A stretch of 15,236 bases of DNA from positions 1 to 15,236 of the IMG/VR virus record IMGVR_UViG_3300023486_000048. One strand, given 5' to 3'. This DNA comes from a virus. Position numbers and translations under genes: made by a program. Shown here one piece after another: positions 1 to 5,234 of the stretch (position 1 is the first letter of the stretch; every line of letters begins with the position of its first letter). The notes below the pieces were generated by a model, which saw nothing but the letters and a program-made list of their open reading frames with translations, searched no databases and was not told where the DNA came from.

Positions 1-51
1 TGTGGAATGCCTGTGGATTAACTACAACCCCCAACTGACGCTTTTTTGATT

Positions 52-576
52 ATGGCGCGTAAACCAACATCTTTAATCCCGCGGACGCACCGGGAATTAT
101 GCGAAATTGCTGAACGCTGGCTCATGGGCTCTGCCCGTTGCCGGGTGGCGATCGCGGAACCGAACTGCATCGTTACGGACGAGCAGCCCGACGCTATAGG
201 TTTCAAGGGATCGTATAGCATCCTCGTTGAGGCTAAAACCAGCCGGGCGGATTTTTTGGCAGACCTCAAAAAGCCGTTCCGCCTCCGTCCTCAAAAGGGT
301 ATGGGGTATTGCCGATACTACATCTGTGAGCCGGGGATCATCACAGAAGATGACCTGCCGGAACGGTGGGGATTACTGTATGTCCTCCCTGGCGGACGGG
401 TTCGGATAGTTCGGTACAGCAGACATTTCCGTGAGGCAAACTACGCCGCTGAAAGGAGCCTTTTGACCGCATGCCTGTACATCCAGAAGCCGCTAAAAAT
501 CAATACTGTTCAAGGCAGGAAAATACAGCTCTCACCTGCATTTGGCGCAGAAGCAAAAGAGAAGGAGGGGATATAG
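52..576 (+). CDS. PD-(D/E)xK-fold nuclease-like protein (MmcB-like), phage early gene
   Basis: ORF track 46..576 starts at TTG 46, with ATG at 52. The motif D(AIGF)...ILVEAKTSRADFLAD...K followed by YYICEPG matches the D...E-x-K nuclease core seen in MmcB-type proteins. Stop is TAG 574-576. Confidence 0.55.
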   Translation: MARKPTSLIPRTHRELCEIAERWLMGSARCRVAIAEPNCIVTDEQPDAIGFKGSYSILVEAKTSRADFLADLKKPFRLRPQKGMGYCRYYICEPGIITEDDLPERWGLLYVLPGGRVRIVRYSRHFREANYAAERSLLTACLYIQKPLKINTVQGRKIQLSPAFGAEAKEKEGI

Positions 577-581
577 TATAT

Positions 582-1337
582 ATGGCCGGAGACTGGATAA
601 AGGTTGAACACACAACACCCGACAAGCCGGAAGTGGTGAAGTTGGCCGACATGCTCGGCATTGATCAGGATGCCGTGGTTGGAAAGCTGCTGCGCCTTTG
701 GATTTGGGCTGATCAACAATCCGTCTCTGGTAACGCTATCACCGTTACAAATTCGTTTCTCGACCGTCTCGTATTCTGCCCCGGTTTCGCCGCTGGGCTT
801 GTCAAAGTCGGCTGGTTGAATGGACGCAATGGACTCCTTTCAATCCCCAATTTTGACCGCCATAATGGCCAAACCGCTAAGAATAGGGCCAATACGAACC
901 GCCGAGTTGCGAATCACCGAAAAGGACGTAACGATGAAACCGTTACAGATGTAACGCCCGAACCGTTACAAAAACCGTTACCAGAGAAGAGAAGAGAAGA
1001 TAATACTACTACACCAACTACAACCGGGCGCGAAGTCTGCCAATTTCCGCAGGACGTGTCCGAAATTGACCGCTTCATGGCCGCTCAAGTGCTGCACCCG
1101 CTCGGAGACGAGCTTACCCGGTGCGCCGAACGGTTTTTTAACGAGCAAGCCGCCGTTGGCTGGAAAAACAAGCACGGCATCCCCCTGGCGGACTGGCGGC
1201 CCCTGGCCCGCCAATACGCCGCCACCTGGGCCCGCAACAACGCGGCCGAAGCTGGCTTAAAGCCCGCCAATGCCGCGGGAACCGCATCAAAATCAACACC
1301 TAAACCATCACGAAGAGATGAACTCTGGACAGACTGA
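582..1337 (+). CDS. phage replication initiation / replisome organizer protein
   Basis: ATG 582 lies 11 nt after a strong SD (GAAGGAGGGG, 561-570), so the ORF-track start at 471 is an upstream extension overlapping the previous gene. The N-terminus WIKVEHTTPDKPEVVKLADMLGIDQDAVVGKLLRLWIWADQQS and the C-terminus FNEQAAVGWKNKHGIPLADWRPLARQYAATWARNN resemble phage replisome-organizer/DnaD-like proteins. A helicase loader follows. Confidence 0.7.
   Translation: MAGDWIKVEHTTPDKPEVVKLADMLGIDQDAVVGKLLRLWIWADQQSVSGNAITVTNSFLDRLVFCPGFAAGLVKVGWLNGRNGLLSIPNFDRHNGQTAKNRANTNRRVANHRKGRNDETVTDVTPEPLQKPLPEKRREDNTTTPTTTGREVCQFPQDVSEIDRFMAAQVLHPLGDELTRCAERFFNEQAAVGWKNKHGIPLADWRPLARQYAATWARNNAAEAGLKPANAAGTASKSTPKPSRRDELWTD
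729..982. repeat. iteron cluster (CGTTAC / GTAACG), putative phage origin inside the replication gene
   Basis: There are seven copies of the hexamer in 250 bp: GTAACG at 730, 928 and 951; CGTTAC at 743, 941, 964 and 976. Three share the longer form AACCGTTAC(A/C) at 938, 961 and 973. About 0.1 copies are expected by chance, and the rest of the window holds only background numbers. The cluster lies in a linker-like part of the protein and is followed by a purine-rich run (982-1000). Confidence 0.55.
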
Positions 1338-2058
1338 CGACCCCATTGACGCCCGGCACGCCCTCAAAGGTGCCGACATTGAAAGCCTCTTGGCATCCAT
1401 GACAGCGCTTGCCACGGATGACGGAAGAAGCATTGAAGAACTGGAAGCGGAAGCGCTCGCCGCCGAGAAACAGCGGGAGGAAGAACGCAAGGCAACCTAT
1501 GAACGCCTGGGCCTGGTTGACCGAGGCTTTCCTCGCCGGGCGATTGATTGCCTCGACGAAGTGACCGGAGAACCATGGAAGAAGGCCCTCCGTGATGCCT
1601 ATCGCCTTGTTTTGACTCCTGGGAGTATCATTGTACTAAACGGACGCTACGGCACCGGGAAAACGGTTTTAAGCACGTTTCTTGCCCGCGTCATGTACCG
1701 GCGCAAGAAGCGCGTCCTCTATACCAAGGCCTATGATTACACGATGGCCCTGCGGGAGACGTTCAACGGCGGCGGCTCTGAATCCTCTGTCATGGCCCGC
1801 TACAAGTCGCCTTATCTGCTGGTCCTGGACGAGTATCACGAGGTAAAGGACACGGACTTTACAGGCCCGGCGCTGGAACGGCTCATTGACTACCGGCACC
1901 AGAACGGCAAGCCGACCATCATCATTGCCAACTACAGCCCCGCCGCCCTGGAGGATCGCCTCGGCCCGGCCATTGTTTCACGCATCCATCTATGCGGCAC
2001 CATCATCACGTGTGATTGGCAATCGTACCGTGAGATCAACTACAACCTCCGGGAATAG
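1318..2058 (+). CDS. DnaC/IstB-like AAA+ helicase loader
   Basis: Walker A is GRYGTGKT and Walker B is LLVLDEYH. The position after the replisome organizer fits. The start is uncertain: ATG 1318 overlaps the upstream stop by 20 nt, and ATG 1270 is the ORF-track start. Confidence 0.8.
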   Translation: MNSGQTDDPIDARHALKGADIESLLASMTALATDDGRSIEELEAEALAAEKQREEERKATYERLGLVDRGFPRRAIDCLDEVTGEPWKKALRDAYRLVLTPGSIIVLNGRYGTGKTVLSTFLARVMYRRKKRVLYTKAYDYTMALRETFNGGGSESSVMARYKSPYLLVLDEYHEVKDTDFTGPALERLIDYRHQNGKPTIIIANYSPAALEDRLGPAIVSRIHLCGTIITCDWQSYREINYNLRE

Positions 2059-2094
2059 CCCTGGAATCTCGTATACCCCCTGGAATCTCGTATA
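2059..2094 (+). repeat. perfect 17-bp tandem direct repeat CCCTGGAATCTCGTATA x2 (2-nt spacer)
   Basis: Copies lie at 2059-2075 and 2078-2094, immediately after the stop of the helicase-loader gene at the high-GC/low-GC boundary. Confidence 0.9.
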
Positions 2095-2109
2095 GGGGGC
2101 GCGTTTTTA
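2076..2109 (+). terminator. weak hairpin plus T-run between convergent genes
   Basis: CCCCC (2076-2080) pairs with GGGGG (2095-2099) across a 14-nt loop, followed by CGCGTTTTT. The short stem and large loop give only moderate support. Confidence 0.35.
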
Positions 2110-2120
2110 TCTTGGAAAGA

Positions 2121-3425
2121 TCAAGATTGTTTCTTTGTAGACCGCCCCCTTGTATCAAACGCCGGGATATTTAATTTTCTCCTTGCTTTTCCGATAACTT
2201 GTATTGATTTGCCTGTTTTATTAGCGACTTCTTTATCAGTCATTGTGCCCAGCAGGGATTTAATGTATTCGTCCCCTTCTATTGTTTCTTGCAAGCTTTT
2301 TTCCTCACGTAATGCCGGAACATTCAATTTCTGTCTAATTCTTCTTACTGCCTCGTCATCAATATTAAATTTTTCGGCTATTACTCTATCATAAACTTTC
2401 CCAAGCATAGATAAGAGTTTTTTACGTTGGTCCGGTGAAAATCTTTCTAAAATGCTTTTACTGAAAGGCTTAATTTTGTTCTGTTCTCTAAATTTTTTAA
2501 TTACATATACGCTGTACCCTGTTTTTTTTGCAATTTTTAAATCTGATACTCTTCCCAATAAATTAAGAATTATATCCTTGTCCGCATCCTTAATGGGAGA
2601 GTATGGAGCTGGAGCAATTTTTAATTTTCTACGGTTCCGCGCTACAACATTAAGCGATATTCCAAGCCTTTCAGCAATTTCGCTATCAGGAACTTTCCCA
2701 AGCATGGATAGCATTTCTTCGCGTTTCTCTTCGGGGAATTTAGTATCAGATAATGATGGAATGCCCATCTTTTTTCTAATAAGCGCAATTCCTGCCTTGG
2801 AATAACCGAATTTTTTAGCAATTTCATCATCCGGGGTCTTTCCAAGCATGTTAATTAACTCTTCGGGATACTCTTTTTTCTTGTGTGGTTTATTTGGGTC
2901 TCGTGGCTGACGGGGTTTACGCGGCCCCCTATATGACTTAATCCCTAATTTCTTTCTAAGGTAGGCTACTCTGGAATTTGAGTATCCAAACTTCTTGGCA
3001 CACTCCGAGTCAGGAATTTTTCCGAGCACTGCAATAAGCTCTTCATCGTGTTGGATGCGGATTGCTTCAGGGCTGCAATACTTTTTGATACCTAATTTAT
3101 AGCGTTCAGTCTGGACCGTGACGCGCGCTATTCCGAGTAGCTCGGCGATTTCCAGATCAGGTTTTTTGCCCAACATGGACCGCATTTCTTCACGCTGTTC
3201 GTGAGAAAGAATGCGGTGAAACCTCTTTTCTCGGTATTTTTCATGCAATAACTCCATGAGCAATTGCATGTATTCAGGCGTGGGATGTGGTTTTTTAGTA
3301 TTTAGCCACTTCCAAACAGCATCTTCCGTCACCCGCATCATCTGCGCGGCCCTTTTTACAGCTTGGGTAGGATTTGGAAGATTGTTGGCAGTTTGAAGCC
3401 AGTCGATAAATTCTTGTGCGGTCAT
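2121..3425 (-). CDS. DNA-binding protein with an N-terminal HTH plus seven tandem HTH-like repeats (GcrA / sigma region-4-like modules)
   Basis: The ORF is 434 aa. The repeat core x-LG-K-x-PD-x-EIA-K-K-x-G-x-S-x(3)-V-x(3)-R-K-L-x-I recurs with LG anchors at aa 85, 134, 194, 242, 290, 341 and 392 (period 48-60 aa, DNA about 2160-3206). The protein is Lys/Arg rich. The gene is about 35-40% GC against about 60% in its neighbours. Confidence 0.85.
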   Translation of the reverse strand: MTAQEFIDWLQTANNLPNPTQAVKRAAQMMRVTEDAVWKWLNTKKPHPTPEYMQLLMELLHEKYREKRFHRILSHEQREEMRSMLGKKPDLEIAELLGIARVTVQTERYKLGIKKYCSPEAIRIQHDEELIAVLGKIPDSECAKKFGYSNSRVAYLRKKLGIKSYRGPRKPRQPRDPNKPHKKKEYPEELINMLGKTPDDEIAKKFGYSKAGIALIRKKMGIPSLSDTKFPEEKREEMLSMLGKVPDSEIAERLGISLNVVARNRRKLKIAPAPYSPIKDADKDIILNLLGRVSDLKIAKKTGYSVYVIKKFREQNKIKPFSKSILERFSPDQRKKLLSMLGKVYDRVIAEKFNIDDEAVRRIRQKLNVPALREEKSLQETIEGDEYIKSLLGTMTDKEVANKTGKSIQVIGKARRKLNIPAFDTRGRSTKKQS

Positions 3426-3437
3426 AGTGAGAAAGGA

Positions 3438-3456
3438 GGGGCGGCTTTGCCGCCCC
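3438..3456 (-). terminator. GC-rich hairpin between the two leftward genes (attenuator or processing/stability element)
   Basis: GGGGCGGC-TTT-GCCGCCCC forms an 8-bp perfect stem with a 3-nt loop. On the minus strand it is followed by TCCTTTCTC and then directly by the ATG of the HTH-array gene. Confidence 0.4.
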
Positions 3457-3466
3457 TGGGGGTTAT

Positions 3467-3790
3467 TTAGTGAGCTTCAACGCGGGAAGCGTCCTGCGTC
3501 CAGTTGAGGTTTTCTCCTTCAATTTCTTCGCCCGTCATTTGTTCAAAGACCATGAAGATTTCAACCTTGTTCCCTTCTGCATCATAGCCGGGAGCAGACC
3601 ATTCTTCCATATAGCTGCCGTCTTCGTATTTGTCCGCATAGGAGCCAGGGAAAACCCTGTTGGTGTATTCCATCTGGCGCGCTGCATAGTAGGTCTTGCC
3701 TTCAAACTTGTAGCTGCCAAATTCACGTTCAAGAGCGGTCAGGTTGATTTCTTCTCCGTCTTCCGTGGTGATGATTTTGTTATCGTTCAT
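3467..3790 (-). CDS. small highly acidic hypothetical protein
   Basis: The ORF is 107 aa with an ATG start, and it is the first gene of the leftward cassette. It has 24 D/E against 9 K/R residues by direct count. I recognise no family. Confidence 0.7.
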   Translation of the reverse strand: MNDNKIITTEDGEEINLTALEREFGSYKFEGKTYYAARQMEYTNRVFPGSYADKYEDGSYMEEWSAPGYDAEGNKVEIFMVFEQMTGEEIEGENLNWTQDASRVEAH

Positions 3791-3862
3791 TGTCTTGTTC
3801 TTTCTAGTTTTGTTATTTGGATTATGTCTTCGTTCGGTCCCTTACCTCCCGTCAACAAAATT

Positions 3863-3891
3863 AAGTTACTATAAAATTTATAGTAACGCAA
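3863..3891 (-). promoter_or_regulatory. leftward promoter candidate with an embedded 23-bp perfect palindrome (operator)
   Basis: The palindrome GTTACTATAAA-A-TTTATAGTAAC spans 3865-3887. On the minus strand TTGCGT (3891-3886) and TAACTT (3868-3863) are separated by 17 nt, so the palindrome fills the spacer and overlaps both hexamers. It lies about 75 bp upstream of ATG 3790. Confidence 0.45.
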
Positions 3892-4057
3892 GAGAAAAAA
3901 TGAAAAAAGGTGAAAAAAGTTGTCATTCCGTTTTTGCTTGCGGCCTGGCGCAGAATATGAGAGAAGTAATTTGTTCTTTCTAGGAACACGTCAGCCCTCC
4001 GGGGCTGTGGATTAAAACGATCACAAGATCAGCACGAGCGGAAACGCTCATTCCCTT

Positions 4058-4090
4058 AAAAAGGGCGGTTCTTCGGGGCTGCCCTTTTTT
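4058..4090 (+). terminator. rho-independent terminator, structurally plus-strand specific
   Basis: The structure is AAAAA, a 9-bp stem (4063-4071 paired with 4076-4084), a TTCG loop (4072-4075) and TTTTTT (4085-4090). Three G-T wobble pairs become A-C mismatches on the minus strand, leaving only a 4-bp stem there. Confidence 0.6.
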
Positions 4091-4607
4091 ATTCCTTCGG
4101 GACGGCAGGGGCGGCAAGTACCCGCCATCCGGCGCCGCTGCCATGTCCGCATTTGCGGAAGCGTTGTGCAGCACAAACCAGGAGCTTATAGACCTTTTTC
4201 CCCTTTTCTTCGCCGTACCGGTCTATCATGTAGAGTTTGAGATTCCGAGCCGTGACTTTCTCTCCATCCGGGGATTCCAGCAGCCATATCTTTGCATGGC
4301 AATTTGTCTCAAATTTCCCTGTTCTGGGGTGCTTCCTGGGGCCGGGAACTCCCCGATGCTTGCAAGCCTCCTGAAAGGCTTCTGACGTGATTTTCCGCCC
4401 CTTCTGGGCTGCATTCGCGCAAGGATAAGAGCAATGTTTCCGCCGAAAGAGTTTTTTAGCGCGGAATTCCTTTCCGCACACGGGGCAGGTGATAGTTTCC
4501 CAGGCCTCCGCATAGTGAGCCTGGAGGCAGGCCCGGGAACAGTACACGCTGTCGCGCTTGCCCGCGCGGGGAGGGACATCCTTGCCGCATATAGGACACT
4601 TTTTCAC
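4089..4607 (-). CDS. double zinc-ribbon (FCS/TRASH/YacG-like CPxCGK...CSxxC) protein with a NUMOD-like C-terminal region; possible late-gene regulator
   Basis: The ORF is 172 aa with a GTG start at 4607. Two modules are present: CPICGK...YCSRAC and CPVCGKEF...HCSYPC. The C-terminal WLLESPDGEKVTARNLKLYMIDRYGE resembles DNA-binding modules of homing-endonuclease-associated proteins. The gene is divergent from the late operon. Confidence 0.7.
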   Translation of the reverse strand: MKKCPICGKDVPPRAGKRDSVYCSRACLQAHYAEAWETITCPVCGKEFRAKKLFRRKHCSYPCANAAQKGRKITSEAFQEACKHRGVPGPRKHPRTGKFETNCHAKIWLLESPDGEKVTARNLKLYMIDRYGEEKGKKVYKLLVCAAQRFRKCGHGSGAGWRVLAAPAVPKE

Positions 4608-4674
4608 AAAATCTGTATATGTGAGAGGGTCAGATTTGTCAATGGGCCCAGAAAGGAATGAACAAACAGAGTGC

Positions 4675-4704
4675 TTGATTTGCTAGCTACTTGTCCTCTA
4701 GAGT
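4675..4704 (+). promoter_or_regulatory. sigma70-like promoter candidate for the late operon
   Basis: TTGATT (4675-4680), an 18-nt spacer, then TAGAGT (4699-4704). This would place the transcript start within a few nt of the TerS AGG at 4713. It is a sequence match only. Confidence 0.3.
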
Positions 4705-4712
4705 AGACCTGC

Positions 4713-5228
4713 AGGAAAAAGAAGCAATCACCTACCGCCAACAAGAAAATAGGACGGCCCAGCCTCTATACGGAGGCATTAGCCGACGAGATAGCCTCCC
4801 GTTTAGCCAACGGGGAAACGATGAAGTCCATTTGCTCGGACGATCACATGCCGGAGGTTTTAACTGTCTGGAGATGGAGGCACGAACGGGAAGAGTTTTG
4901 TAAACTCATTCAACGCGCGCGGGAAGCGCAGTCAGAAGCCATGCTCGACGAGTGTCAGTCTTTGTCAGATGCCGCTGCCCAGGTTGCCCTCGACCCCGAA
5001 TGCGGATCCGCCTCCGTCGCTGCCAAGAAGCTCGCCATTGAAACGCGGCTGAAAGTTGCCGCCCGTTTTGCCCCCGAGAAATTCGGCGACCGAGTCCGGC
5101 AGGATGTAGCGGGCGTTCCCGGCGCTCCATTGGAACGCAAAATCACCCTGGACCCCGAGCAGCTTGCCCAGCTCCGGGAAGACGAGAAAACCGCGCTGGA
5201 AACCATTGCCGGCAAACTCCACCCTTAA
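4713..5228 (+). CDS. terS: terminase small subunit (HTH N-terminus); start non-canonical or unresolved
   Basis: The in-frame translation from 4752 reads GRPSLYTEALADEIASRLANGETMKSICSDDHMPEVLTVWRW...RAREAQSEAMLDE...ETRLKVAARFAPEKFGDRV. This is the pattern of a widespread small-terminase family whose HTH sits at the extreme N-terminus. The first canonical start (ATG 4821, ORF track) would delete that HTH. The in-frame stop is TAG 4704-4706, and there is no ATG/GTG/TTG between 4707 and 4820. In-frame AGG is at 4713 and ATA at 4749. Confidence 0.8.
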   Translation, partial: RKKKQSPTANKKIGRPSLYTEALADEIASRLANGETMKSICSDDHMPEVLTVWRWRHEREEFCKLIQRAREAQSEAMLDECQSLSDAAAQVALDPECGSASVAAKKLAIETRLKVAARFAPEKFGDRVRQDVAGVPGAPLERKITLDPEQLAQLREDEKTALETIAGKLHP

Positions 5229-5234
5229 TCGAGC

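Noticed and set aside
471-581. Upstream extensions of ORF-track entries: 471..581, 1270..1317, 10882..11100, 12051..12227 and 12785..12889.
   Set aside because: They overlap the 3' ends of the preceding genes. Better starts exist downstream, either with an SD or with ATGA/overlap coupling. The extension peptides are Arg/Pro-rich out-of-frame readings of the upstream genes. The 1270 alternative remains possible.
2059-2094. A CRISPR array or satellite repeat.
   Set aside because: There are only two copies with a 2-nt spacer, and there is no repeat-spacer periodicity anywhere in the window.
3744-3983. The 79-aa ORF 3744..3983 and the 134-aa ORF 3470..3874 on the plus strand.
   Set aside because: They mostly overlap the acidic-protein gene in antisense or run through the promoter region. 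Their products are hydrophobic and low in complexity, as expected from AT-rich sequence. Only the terminal 27-codon part (3900-3983) is kept, as a speculative sORF.
11-4015. An 11-bp direct repeat CTGTGGATTAA at 11-21 and 4005-4015, considered as possible att or cassette boundaries.
   Set aside because: Tens of 11-mer coincidences are expected in a 15-kb window when both strands are counted. There is no integrase and no further flanking similarity.
3985-4091. A tRNA, for example an unusual initiator that could read AGG, in the structured intergenic region.
   Set aside because: The hairpins have 5-9 bp stems with 4-nt loops. There is no cloverleaf geometry, no 7-nt anticodon loop and no T-loop GTTCGA-type motif.
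4662-4706. Stop-codon recoding (TAG read as sense) extending TerS upstream to GTG 4671 or TTG 4680.
   Set aside because: The extension (VLDLLATCPLE) is not conserved-looking. Other genes terminate normally at TAG (576, 2058, 6608), and TerL would need a TAA rather than a TAG reassignment.
4691-4903. ORF 4691..4903 (TTG start), considered either as a real gene or as the upstream part of TerS joined by a +1 frameshift at the A5 run (4716-4720).
   Set aside because: Its product has no protein-like features, and there is no recognisable slippery site or stimulator for +1 shifting. An indel in the A-run cannot be excluded without reads, but the same missing-start pattern recurs at genes that have no homopolymer at the junction.
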